DNA from: an uncultured Methanoregulaceae archaeon
GTDB taxonomy: Archaea; Halobacteriota; Methanomicrobia; Methanomicrobiales; Methanospirillaceae
Length of the DNA stretch: 64,000 bases
Direction: 5' to 3'
Assembly (NCBI GenBank): GCA_963737635.1
Contig: CAVTTL010000001.1
Coordinates: 1,248,001 to 1,312,000 of the forward strand
The notes beneath the pieces are model-generated. The model was not told the DNA's origin. It saw only the letters and a list, made by a program, of their open reading frames with translations, and made no database searches. Both the position numbers and the translations under genes were made by a program. Below, one piece after another: positions 29,895 through 39,146 of this stretch. How positions within the stretch are numbered: position 1 is the stretch's first letter; each line of letters starts with the position of its first letter.

Positions 29895-30932
29895 TTAGAT
29901 GAGTTTAAAGATGGGGTGGCTTTCTGATTTGCACTCGACGCCGAGCTGGCGGGTTGCCTCAAGGACGGTGATGTCTGTGTAGGCTTGTGCGGTGATCATT
30001 GCTTCGACGTTCTCAATCGGTCCGTACATAATCAGGTCGGCACCAAGGGTGCTTGCAATCATGTTGCAGCCGATATCGGGTGCGGACCATGCGGCCTGCT
30101 TGATACCCTCTATACCACCGAGGTAGTGGTGGGCCATCTGTTCGAGCAGGATATCCTTACCCTTATAGCCTTCTGCAAGGACGGAGGGGGTCTTGCTGGT
30201 GCCTTTCCAGCGCTTGAGCCACGTCCAGGAGACCGTCATGTTGTGGTACGCACCACCTGTCGGGTACCCGTGGATGGCTTTGCAGGCGAGGATCTCACGG
30301 TATGAGCCACCGGAGCCAAGGCCGAGCGGGGTTGCTGCAGTGTCCAGAATCGGGCGGGTAATTCCGCAGTATTCTGCAATCTCCAGCATTCCTTTAGTCT
30401 GGCCTGCGACGCCGCCTTCGACAAGCACTTTCTCACGGCCCGCAACTGACGGGTCTGCCGGGTTGAAAGCGAGCACAATCGCTGCGTCTACGTCACTGTT
30501 CTTTAAGGCCTCGATGCTTTCGGGTAGGATTGATCCGTTGATCGAGTTGTAGATCGCACGGTGTGCAAGCCCGACATCGGTCACGTACTTGCATGCATGG
30601 GCAAGCGCCTTCGGGACCGAGGAGTCCATCAGGAACGCAGTCTTGTTGTCGATACTGTCGAACCAGCTGAAATAACTCTCGAATGCCTCCCCGTATTCCG
30701 CAATGATCTGGATGAAATGCGGAATTCCGGTCATATCAGAGAGTACCTGACAGCGGTTCCAGAGTGCTTCTGCCTTTGCTTTGTCAATCTTTCCGGTCTT
30801 GTCGTCTAGCACGCACTCGTGCTTGTTGTAGAAGATTGAAGCACCCAATACGGTCGGGTATTCGCCAGGCTGTCCACCAATTTTGGTGCCGTTGAAGTCC
30901 CAGACCTTCTGTTCTTTCTCAAACTTGAACAT
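29895..30932 (-). CDS. mtrH: Methyl-H4MPT:CoM methyltransferase subunit H
   Basis: MFKFEKEQKV..IGGQPGEYPTVL, IYNSIN, GADLIMYGPIEN, HPIFKL. Confidence 0.97.
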   Translation of the reverse strand: MFKFEKEQKVWDFNGTKIGGQPGEYPTVLGASIFYNKHECVLDDKTGKIDKAKAEALWNRCQVLSDMTGIPHFIQIIAEYGEAFESYFSWFDSIDNKTAFLMDSSVPKALAHACKYVTDVGLAHRAIYNSINGSILPESIEALKNSDVDAAIVLAFNPADPSVAGREKVLVEGGVAGQTKGMLEIAEYCGITRPILDTAATPLGLGSGGSYREILACKAIHGYPTGGAYHNMTVSWTWLKRWKGTSKTPSVLAEGYKGKDILLEQMAHHYLGGIEGIKQAAWSAPDIGCNMIASTLGADLIMYGPIENVEAMITAQAYTDITVLEATRQLGVECKSESHPIFKLI

Positions 30933-30947
30933 GTTTATTACACCTCA

Positions 30948-31688
30948 TTACACCAATGCCATCAATTTCTGGAGCATGAACAGCAGCATGACAAATACGA
31001 TCAAGCCTGCGACGAGGCCGTATAGTATGCCGATATCCCTCCCGATCTTTCTTCCAACACGCTGTGCCACTTCAGCATCCACGAACTCGAGTTTCTTCTC
31101 GATCTTGTCGAGTCTCTTCTCGATCTCGAGGAACTGGGGGTTTGCCCCTGCTGCTGCGACTTCAGCGCCACCGCCGGCTGCTTCCTTAACTTCGACGACG
31201 ATGGGGTCGCCAGCGAACGCGCCGGGGTCTTTGGCCTTGAGTTCGTTGATTTTGGCCTTGATGGCGGCAAGGTCCTCGGTCTCCATGATATTGACGACGG
31301 TAATCTGCTCCTGGAAGCGCTTGATCGCCGCATCATTGAGATTTTCAATGAAGGGGATAGCGCCTTCAGCGCCGACAATCCTGCCGTCCTTGACGCCGCC
31401 TTTATGGAGAGCGACCATGGACTGGCCGGAGAGGTGGCCCTTGACTTCGGTACCACAGAGGATCATGAACCTGATGTTGGGGTTGGCGATGTAATTGGCG
31501 ATGACCTTTTCAAGACCGAGGTTTTCGGTCTTACAGGAACCGCACATCGCTGCGCCCGCATCACAGATACCCTGTTCATCGAGGTGGGAACCCATGGTGA
31601 TAACAGCGACGCAGCTGTTTGCATCTCCTGAGTGGAAGTCGCCTTTAACGAGCGGCCATCCACTTGCCGGTGATTTCTTATCTGCCAT
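30948..31688 (-). CDS. mtrA: MtrA-MtrG fusion (second MtrA domain with an MtrG C-terminus)
   Basis: MtrA domain ([16 protein letters not shown]) followed by [24 protein letters not shown] (MtrG). Confidence 0.93.
   Translation of the reverse strand: MADKKSPASGWPLVKGDFHSGDANSCVAVITMGSHLDEQGICDAGAAMCGSCKTENLGLEKVIANYIANPNIRFMILCGTEVKGHLSGQSMVALHKGGVKDGRIVGAEGAIPFIENLNDAAIKRFQEQITVVNIMETEDLAAIKAKINELKAKDPGAFAGDPIVVEVKEAAGGGAEVAAAGANPQFLEIEKRLDKIEKKLEFVDAEVAQRVGRKIGRDIGILYGLVAGLIVFVMLLFMLQKLMALV
31160..31688. repeat. 529-bp direct repeat, copy 1 (mtrA domain of the mtrA-G fusion)
   Basis: Identical by eye to 32103-32631 (offset 943); alternative-frame translations in the ORF track also match. 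Confidence 0.93.
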
Positions 31689-31699
31689 TTGTCTTCACC

Positions 31700-31900
31700 T
31701 CAGATCAGTAATGCTGGCACCACAATCAGGATCAACGCTATAAGTAGTCCCGCGACAAACGCGACGAGCCCGTTTGTAGAAACTGCTGACTCGATCTTGT
31801 TTGTACGTGCAAGGATCTGTGACTTGTAGCGGACGTTCTCGACCATGTTGTCGATTGCGACCATCCTGACTGGTCCTGCAGCTTTTGCTTCTTCTGCCAT
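31700..31900 (-). CDS. mtrF: Mtr subunit F
   Basis: IDNMVENVRYKSQILARTNKI plus one TM helix. Confidence 0.92.
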   Translation of the reverse strand: MAEEAKAAGPVRMVAIDNMVENVRYKSQILARTNKIESAVSTNGLVAFVAGLLIALILIVVPALLI

Positions 31901-31905
31901 CTCCT

Positions 31906-32631
31906 TCACCCCATCCACATGAATCCGATCAGGGCAAACGAGATGATCAGGCCGATCATCAGCCCTTCGATCTTCCCCGCATAGACACCAGCGGCAAACT
32001 TATCGCGGTATCCGATGTCCGTGACCATCTTTTCGATGACTTTGATGCGTGCGGTGATAAGTGCCATCTCGCCGGAGATCGGGCGTACTTCCCCGCCTGC
32101 CTCTTCAGCGCCACCGCCGGCTGCTTCCTTAACTTCGACGACGATGGGGTCGCCAGCGAACGCGCCGGGGTCTTTGGCCTTGAGTTCGTTGATTTTGGCC
32201 TTGATGGCGGCAAGGTCCTCGGTCTCCATGATATTGACGACGGTAATCTGCTCCTGGAAGCGCTTGATCGCCGCATCATTGAGATTTTCAATGAAGGGGA
32301 TAGCGCCTTCAGCGCCGACAATCCTGCCGTCCTTGACGCCGCCTTTATGGAGAGCGACCATGGACTGGCCGGAGAGGTGGCCCTTGACTTCGGTACCACA
32401 GAGGATCATGAACCTGATGTTGGGGTTGGCGATGTAATTGGCGATGACCTTTTCAAGACCGAGGTTTTCGGTCTTACAGGAACCGCACATCGCTGCGCCC
32501 GCATCACAGATACCCTGTTCATCGAGGTGGGAACCCATGGTGATAACAGCGACGCAGCTGTTTGCATCTCCTGAGTGGAAGTCGCCTTTAACGAGCGGCC
32601 ATCCACTTGCCGGTGATTTCTTATCTGCCAT
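31906..32631 (-). CDS. mtrA: Mtr subunit A (corrinoid protein)
   Basis: [25 protein letters not shown] (His ligand), GVYAGKIEG plus TM helix. Confidence 0.97.
   Translation of the reverse strand: MADKKSPASGWPLVKGDFHSGDANSCVAVITMGSHLDEQGICDAGAAMCGSCKTENLGLEKVIANYIANPNIRFMILCGTEVKGHLSGQSMVALHKGGVKDGRIVGAEGAIPFIENLNDAAIKRFQEQITVVNIMETEDLAAIKAKINELKAKDPGAFAGDPIVVEVKEAAGGGAEEAGGEVRPISGEMALITARIKVIEKMVTDIGYRDKFAAGVYAGKIEGLMIGLIISFALIGFMWMG
32103..32631. repeat. 529-bp direct repeat, copy 2 (mtrA)
   Basis: Identical by eye to 31160-31688. Confidence 0.93.
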
Positions 32632-32632
32632 A

Positions 32633-32926
32633 TCAGCCCACCTTGATCAGCTGCAATGCAATGACTCCTGCAACGAGTAATCCGATGGCAAGCCCGTACC
32701 AGAAGGCACTGATGCTGCCACCGATAGTAAGGGTCTTCTCGCGGCCCGGGAAGGATGCAACATAGTTTCCTTCGCCGGAAAGCATGTTGACCAGATCATC
32801 TGCCGATGCCTCGAGTATTGCTACCTTGTCTGCAACCGGGGAAAGCGATTCTCCGGCAGTCGTGATAATACCTACAACGGGGTCAGCAACCAAGCCGAAT
32901 TCCGGGAGAACAATAACGTATGCCAT
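32633..32926 (-). CDS. mtrB: Mtr subunit B
   Basis: [21 protein letters not shown]. Confidence 0.95.
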   Translation of the reverse strand: MAYVIVLPEFGLVADPVVGIITTAGESLSPVADKVAILEASADDLVNMLSGEGNYVASFPGREKTLTIGGSISAFWYGLAIGLLVAGVIALQLIKVG

Positions 32927-32928
32927 GG

Positions 32929-33778
32929 TTAGTGTCCCTCCACATCAGGAATCGGTTTTGAGTCAAGCCATGCGTATGCATCGCGCTTCGAGAGCTTGAT
33001 GTACTCACAGTAGGTGTATACCCATCCGATGATTGCAATGACCAGCGATATAACTGCCGATCCGGCGCTGACGAGCGCAAACGACATAATTGCTGCGACG
33101 ATCATGCTCAGGAACCCGCATTCTGCGGTGAGCATAAGCATCCGGTCCTGTTTCCAGCCGGGTCCCAGGCACGCGTTGAACGGATGCTGGATCGCAATTG
33201 CCCCGAGCAGGAATGCAACGCCCGTGAGACCGCCGCCAATGAATGAGACCTGGTAACTGGCCATGGAAATACCCATGAGCGCAACGGTACCGGAGCTCAG
33301 CGTAGTGAACGTGAAGTCTGCCGGTAATGAGGACTGCAAGGCCCATCAGCGTGAGTGCACCGACAACGGCAAGCTCGGTCAGAGCCTGGATCATTACCGG
33401 AATCTTCATGTTGAGGACTTCATTTGCAAGATATCCAAGGATAAGCCCAATGACGGCTGCAAGGATGAGCGCAACGATAGGTGCTGCAATGCCGAACTTG
33501 GTTGCAAGGAGCATCGCAATGACACCGGAACCGAATGCAATCATACCTGCTGAGGGTACACCGGTACCGATACCGTAACTGCACAGTACCTTGATAGTGT
33601 GGCTCCCCCAGATAAGGGCAGCAACTGCGGCGAGGCCGCCGAAGAACGAGAACATCTCGGTGCCGGTCAGCACATTGAGATAGGAGAGGTACAGGCACAC
33701 GATCGTACAGATTATTCCTGCGATCATGATCTTTGTGTGCGGGACGCCTCCTTCGATTACTTCAACTTTTACGGTCAT
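32929..33778 (-). CDS. mtrC: Mtr subunit C (apparent +1 indel at ~33320)
   Basis: SYGIGTGVPSAGM, MKIPVM; downstream frame has QHPFNACLGP and KRDAY. Confidence 0.93.
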
Positions 33779-33787
33779 TTCAACACC

Positions 33788-34621
33788 TCAGATCGTGACG
33801 ATCAGGATCGCCACAAGACCGCAGAGCGCCGACGCGACCGCGGATGCAACGATTGCCCGTGGCCAGCGCTTGAACTTGGGGTCGTGGGGGCCCTCGATGG
33901 TTCCCGTGATGTTGTAGGCTGTCAGCACGGCATTGACAAGGAACATACCTATAGCAAAGATTCCTGCGGTTGAAACTGCAATCGGAAGGATCTGCGCAGC
34001 GGTTGCACCTATAAGGTTCGGAAGTGTTGCCTGGTACAGGTTGAGAAGCTCGATATAGATAAGCGTACCTCCTGCACCGCCGAGAATACCCCCGGTGACA
34101 CCGCCCACAAACGAGACGAATGGAAGACCATGCCCCTCAGTACCCTGCGATTTGAATTCAGGCTGGGAGTCCCCGGTGATCGGGTCCTTTAGTACCTTGC
34201 CTGAAGCTGCCGGGATACCCATGCCAAAGACATAGACGAAGTTGACCATCATGCAAGTGACAGCCATCATCATCCCGCCGCCGATGCCGCCGGTAATGAC
34301 CGCGATAACAAGTCCCTGGCTGGCGGCCCATGCGCCACCGAAGAGACCGGCAAGACCTGCACCGGCTGCGAGCATAGCGACACCGGTTGCGATACCGGGT
34401 GCTTGGCCCATTGCCGCGGGTGCACCGCCGACCGGCACGAAGTGGACGCCGAATCCGATCAGGACACCGCCGATGACTACGCCGATCAGGGCCATGAAGC
34501 CGAGTGTCGGGGAGACAAAGTAGCCAATCCCGAGAAGAATGATAAGCAGGATCACACCCACTGCCATCGCAGTGGGATTCATTGCCGAGCCCGCGGCTGG
34601 CTTCGCTGCAACTGCGGTCAT
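33788..34621 (-). CDS. mtrD: Mtr subunit D
   Basis: VHFVPVGGAPAAM, GTEGHGLP, GTIEGPHDPKFK. Confidence 0.97.
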   Translation of the reverse strand: MTAVAAKPAAGSAMNPTAMAVGVILLIILLGIGYFVSPTLGFMALIGVVIGGVLIGFGVHFVPVGGAPAAMGQAPGIATGVAMLAAGAGLAGLFGGAWAASQGLVIAVITGGIGGGMMMAVTCMMVNFVYVFGMGIPAASGKVLKDPITGDSQPEFKSQGTEGHGLPFVSFVGGVTGGILGGAGGTLIYIELLNLYQATLPNLIGATAAQILPIAVSTAGIFAIGMFLVNAVLTAYNITGTIEGPHDPKFKRWPRAIVASAVASALCGLVAILIVTI

Positions 34622-35523
34622 GGTGCTGCCTCCTTTACCGGAACCGTATAGGGTCCATAGTTCTTGCGTGCCCAGACCTCGATGTACCGGTCAATGACCG
34701 TGAAGACAAGGATGATCAGGATACCGATGACGATTGCACCCCAGCCAGCTCCGATCTTATCGAAGAGGATGGAGCGCCAGAGTTCAAGGAATACGATCAG
34801 GCCAAAGCAAAGGCCCGATGCGGGACCGCCGAACTTTGCGGTGAAGAATCCGTTATCGATCGAGTTGCGTTCTCCGGCTTCAGCATACCGGACGATGTTT
34901 CCTGATGCTGAGATCGGGACACCGGCACCGAACTTCTGGTTCTGGTACTGGCGTTCCTTGCCGTAGTACGGGTTGCCCGTTGCAGACCCTGCTGCTCCAA
35001 GGGCGATTCCCCAGATGAACCCGAGCAGCGGCAGCGGGAATGGGTGTCCCAGTGCGACGTTGATCAGGTAACAGATGGTGACGGTACAGAAAATTGCTAC
35101 AAAGGCATGAGCCATGGCAACCGTCGTCATGGACTTTAAGATGTCCACGTAGACCGGCTGGCCGAACTTGGCGAGACTTGCTGTCCTGCCCAGGTATGCA
35201 GTTGTCGCATAGACGCCCTGAACGAAGACTGCAAGAAGAGAGCCCAAGACAATTGCGAGGACCGCGTTGAACTGCATGGCCAGAAATGCCCATGCAAGTC
35301 CTGCGCCAAGAGCACACCACAAACCATACGCCGGGGGTTCTCCGGCAACCGCCTTATTGAAGATGCGGTGCACGAATCCCATCTGCGGAGCGAGCTGAAC
35401 CTGCGAGTTGGGGTCTCCCTGCGACCCGATGTTGGATTCAGTATCTTCCGCTGAACCGGCTACGGTGGCAAGGGCTCCTGCCAGTGCAGTAATTCCAATG
35501 CCAAATACAATATTATCTACCAT
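34618..35523 (-). CDS. mtrE: Mtr subunit E
   Basis: EDTESNIGSQGDPNSQVQLAPQMG, HRIFNKAVAGEP, ARKNYGPY. Confidence 0.97.
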   Translation of the reverse strand: MVDNIVFGIGITALAGALATVAGSAEDTESNIGSQGDPNSQVQLAPQMGFVHRIFNKAVAGEPPAYGLWCALGAGLAWAFLAMQFNAVLAIVLGSLLAVFVQGVYATTAYLGRTASLAKFGQPVYVDILKSMTTVAMAHAFVAIFCTVTICYLINVALGHPFPLPLLGFIWGIALGAAGSATGNPYYGKERQYQNQKFGAGVPISASGNIVRYAEAGERNSIDNGFFTAKFGGPASGLCFGLIVFLELWRSILFDKIGAGWGAIVIGILIILVFTVIDRYIEVWARKNYGPYTVPVKEAAP

Positions 35524-35625
35524 TTAGCCTCCTCCCTGCGTGCTTTTACACGAGAGTATTCAAAATGCAATGCCACGCACATCGAGTTAAACTCTTTGTG
35601 GTCAGTGTAAAATTAGTGAGATCTT

Positions 35626-35640
35626 GATTAAAAGGTTTCG
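35626..35640 (-). promoter_or_regulatory. Putative BRE-TATA for the mtr operon
   Basis: CGAAACCTTTTAATC on the - strand, ~105 nt upstream of mtrE. Confidence 0.5.
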
Positions 35641-35984
35641 AAATCATGTTCGGGAAAACGGAGTGTTTAAAGCCTGAATTATAAAACTGGGGCGTATAAC
35701 GGATTATTTTGACATGTAAACTTTCGTTAATGAAAGATAGGTTGCGTTCGGGGCAAGCAATCTTGTGCTAGCCGTCATAGGGGCCGGGTGAGCACCGGAG
35801 TTTCATCGAATCTAAACTATTTATTGATAGTTCATCAATCACTCTGTCTCTAGAATTCAGGTACTGATATGGTCACAGTTGGTCCCTGATTTTTCCATCT
35901 CGGAAAAAAATCCCCTATCAACCGCCAACTTATCAGAACCCTCAGTCCTTACCGCTAAATACCGCTAAGACTCTATCTCTTCTC

Positions 35985-36371
35985 ATGCCAAACATCTTGC
36001 ACTTCATGGTCCCGGCCGACAACGTGGACCGGGCACGGCACTTCTACACCGCCCTCCTTGGCTGGACGATCGAACCTGTCGTCCCCACCCCCGATCCTGG
36101 TGGGATAGCTGCGATGCAGTACCATGCGATCACGACTGGCTCTACCGAGCCAGGCACGCTGAACTCTGGGGGTCTATATAAACGGCACCTGAGCGAACCA
36201 ATCCTGGATTTCGTGCAGATCGAAGATATCGACGCTGTGCTCTCAAAGGTGGAGGATCTCGGCGGGAAGATCATGATGCCGAAGACCGTCATCCCCGGCG
36301 TAGGACACACAGCAATGATCCTCGACTCCGAAGGAAACATGATCGGCTTTTTGATGCCGGAAAAGGCGTGA
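35985..36371 (+). CDS. VOC (glyoxalase/bleomycin resistance) family protein
   Basis: ILHFMVPADNVDRARHFY..LLGW, IEDIDA..VEDLGGK, DSEGN. Confidence 0.88.
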   Translation: MPNILHFMVPADNVDRARHFYTALLGWTIEPVVPTPDPGGIAAMQYHAITTGSTEPGTLNSGGLYKRHLSEPILDFVQIEDIDAVLSKVEDLGGKIMMPKTVIPGVGHTAMILDSEGNMIGFLMPEKA

Positions 36372-36544
36372 GGGTGGCGGGGGTCGCCCTCCCTTCAGCC
36401 CGGATCCTGCCGGTGCGTTTTCCGCGTCCCGGTCGCGAAAATACCTGTTTAAAACCGTTTGAGTTCCCGAATCATAAGAAAGCGTATATCCCGGGATAAA
36501 GAGAGTAACAATACGTGGCATAAACCACAATCAACGAAAAGGAA

Positions 36545-36652
36545 GTGATTACTACGTCAGTGAAGATAACCAAGGCAGCCGCCGCGAAGAAGGCGTCGGC
36601 AAACGCGAAGTCCGCTGCCGGTGACAAGAACACCAGCGCAAAGAGCGCGTAA
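36545..36652 (+). CDS. Candidate ~31-35-aa Lys/Ala-rich small protein
   Basis: (V)ITTSVKITKAAAAKKASANAKSAAGDKNTSAKSA*; RBS-like GGAAGTGA; all Lys codons AAG; T-rich stretch after the stop; no ATG (GTG or ACG start). Confidence 0.45.
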   Translation: MITTSVKITKAAAAKKASANAKSAAGDKNTSAKSA

Positions 36653-36915
36653 ACCCCCTAACAATCTCTATTTTTTACCTATTGATTTTTCACCCCGTCA
36701 AGTTGTTTCCCGGTATGATCGTGCCTGTTCTCTGCAAAACTCTTGATAGATCTTTCTGACGCACTTTTCGATCTTCGGCATTTCGATGCCATTCGCCATC
36801 GTGACGTGAGCATCCCCCGGAGAACGATAACTCCCGCCGTGCCCCGGAGAGGCCATGAGAGGGGAAATCCTCGTCGGAGTAATGAAAAAATCTGAATGAT
36901 GAGAGAATTTACGGT

Positions 36916-38085
36916 TTACCGCATTGCGTTCTTCCGCATCAGCGCCATGACGACGGGCTTTGCGGGTTTCTGCGGCTTGTCTTGTGACGACATCCCGAAG
37001 CCGCCCATCTCCATCGGGGGTGTGTCGAACATTTCCTTATTGAGCCGGCCGCTGATCTCATCGAAGATCCGGGTATAAGCCACGCAGTGCGTATCGACAC
37101 CCTCGATCCTCCCCGGCGTTGGCGCCATCGCGTTGTATGGGCACCCGCCCCGGCAATACTTGATATGTTTGCATTTGCCGCACGCCGTATCCACGTAATC
37201 CCTGAAGGCGAGCATCAGTTTTCCCGCCGGAGACTCCATCAGCGTCTCGATTGAAGGGTGATCCGCAACATTCCCCATCACGTATTCCGGCATCCCGACA
37301 AATCGGTAACAGGGATAGATACTCCCATCTGGCCCCACGGCAAAGGTGCTTCCCATGCAGTCCACATACGTGCAAACGCTGCCCCGCCGGGTAAACACGC
37401 ACCGGCAGAGGTCGTTGATGTTCATCACCTCAATCTCGCCCATGTGGCCGAGCGCCTCGTCGAGGAGATACACCAGCAGTTCGCCGTACTCCGCTGGTTC
37501 GAGTGCCCATTCCTTCGGGTTCTCGGAACGGAGCGACGGGAGAGCCGGGTGCAATTTCAGGGTAAAGCCCTTATAGAGGAAGAACCGGAAGATCTCCTCC
37601 TTCTTCTTCACCGATCTGCTCGTGAAAGTACAAATGAAACGCACGTCGAGGCCATGGGCTTTTGCGATTTCGTAGCCCTTCATGGTTTTCTGGTAATACC
37701 CGTTCCCCCGCTGCGAATCGGTTATTTCCTCGGGCCCGTCGATGCTCGACCCAATTGGCACACGGTACGCCGCTAGGGCATCTGCGATCTCCGGTGTCAT
37801 TCGCCAGAGATTGGTCTGCATCGCGAACTCCGGGTGCATCCGGGCGAGCCCTTTCGAAAGAAGCGGTAATGCTTGCTGGTAGAACTCAGCTCCGGCAAGC
37901 AGCGGTTCCCCGCCGTGGAAAGTAAACGTCACCCTGTCATTCGGGATATCCTTCAGCCACGCCACGATCTCCTTTATCGTATCCACGGTCATGACCGGCG
38001 ACCCTTCTTCCGAGCTCCAGCAGTACTTGCACTTCGAAGGGCAGCCTAGCGTTGGGATGATCATCACGTGGAACGGGTTTTTCAT
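36916..38085 (-). CDS. Radical SAM/SPASM enzyme, putative peptide/protein maturase (resembles the methanogen TIGR04083 family)
   Basis: CPSKCKYC, FHGGEPL, SIDGP; SPASM C..GSIYPC and CxxCx5CxGGC. Confidence 0.88.
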   Translation of the reverse strand: MKNPFHVMIIPTLGCPSKCKYCWSSEEGSPVMTVDTIKEIVAWLKDIPNDRVTFTFHGGEPLLAGAEFYQQALPLLSKGLARMHPEFAMQTNLWRMTPEIADALAAYRVPIGSSIDGPEEITDSQRGNGYYQKTMKGYEIAKAHGLDVRFICTFTSRSVKKKEEIFRFFLYKGFTLKLHPALPSLRSENPKEWALEPAEYGELLVYLLDEALGHMGEIEVMNINDLCRCVFTRRGSVCTYVDCMGSTFAVGPDGSIYPCYRFVGMPEYVMGNVADHPSIETLMESPAGKLMLAFRDYVDTACGKCKHIKYCRGGCPYNAMAPTPGRIEGVDTHCVAYTRIFDEISGRLNKEMFDTPPMEMGGFGMSSQDKPQKPAKPVVMALMRKNAMR

Positions 38086-38260
38086 TAGTTTTTTTTCCTT
38101 TCATCAGAGCATAATGGTTTTCATATACGTTAGGCCTGCACATGATCGATAGGAAATCCTGATAAAAGAGGGATGGGCCCTGCCTGAGTGGGTCTCTTTG
38201 GTGCCATGGAGGCGCACATCAAGCAACGCTCTTTTGCCCGGATGTATACGATTTTAAGGG

Positions 38261-38977
38261 TTATTTTGAACCGGCAGCTCCGATGACTATAGGCAGTGCA
38301 GTAATGATCTCGGGGAGCATCTCGGCAGGGAAACCCATCACCAGCTCGTCATCTGCGATACCGGAGTATCTGCGCGATCCATCGCAGCCCAGCGAGAAGT
38401 TCGGCCGCCCGGAAAGATAGGTCTGTGCCGTCGCATCCGCACAGACCGACTGGATGCCGGAGAACTCCGCACAGATCCTTCCGCCGAGCCTGAAGAGGCT
38501 GCTCTGGGCGAGCTTGAGCATATTGCGGGGTGTGGTGATAATCAGGATGACCTGAGGGGAAAAAGGCGTTTTCTCCAAGGGGGCATAGAGCGTGGCGTAT
38601 GTTTCGCGCGTATCGAGATGCGGAACCTTCTCAATCGTCCGCTTGCAAGCAGCATCGCTATCGAATTTTCCCAGCTTGAAATAGAACTCCCCTTTTTTGA
38701 GGGTGGGTGTTATCTCTTTTAACCCCAGCGACCACGCCCCCCCGTTGCATTCGTGCCGTTCGGCGGGAGCGTAGAATATCTTTCCCTCGGTTCTTGCCAG
38801 GTTCACCATAGAACAATGCCGGATGGTCTTATCGAGTTCCACCATCCCGGCCGGGATATCCGCTTTTGTGGGCGCGAACCTGATGGCAACTGGCGATCCT
38901 TTCAGGCCCAGTATTTTTTTCAGCGTTTCTGCGGCCTCTAAGAAATTTACCGGTATCTTTGTCTGCTCATTGCTCAT
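38261..38977 (-). CDS. DUF169 family protein
   Basis: LGLKGSPVAI, RHCSMV, C.GGA..LG, QSVCAD, SLGCDGSR. Confidence 0.85.
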   Translation of the reverse strand: MSNEQTKIPVNFLEAAETLKKILGLKGSPVAIRFAPTKADIPAGMVELDKTIRHCSMVNLARTEGKIFYAPAERHECNGGAWSLGLKEITPTLKKGEFYFKLGKFDSDAACKRTIEKVPHLDTRETYATLYAPLEKTPFSPQVILIITTPRNMLKLAQSSLFRLGGRICAEFSGIQSVCADATAQTYLSGRPNFSLGCDGSRRYSGIADDELVMGFPAEMLPEIITALPIVIGAAGSK

Positions 38978-39110
38978 GTTGTTACCTCATCCTCCTTAGT
39001 TCGCGGGGGTAATTACCCATATGAGCGGAACCATAAAAAGATGATGAAAAGGTCAGAAGCGATCAAAAATGCGGTGCCACTTAGGAGTGGCGATTTTACA
39101 AATGCGGAAT

Positions 39111-39127
39111 TAAAAAAAAGAAAAAAT
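39111..39127 (-). terminator. Oligo-T terminator of the mcr operon
   Basis: A-runs on + (T-runs on -) about 20 nt after the mcrA stop. Confidence 0.55.
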
Positions 39128-39146
39128 TTGTTGGGGACGATCGTGC

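Noticed and set aside
36916-38085. Mmp10 (MCR arginine methylase), suggested by proximity to mcrA
   Set aside because: The sequence has anaerobic-sulfatase-maturase/SPASM architecture rather than Mmp10 features.
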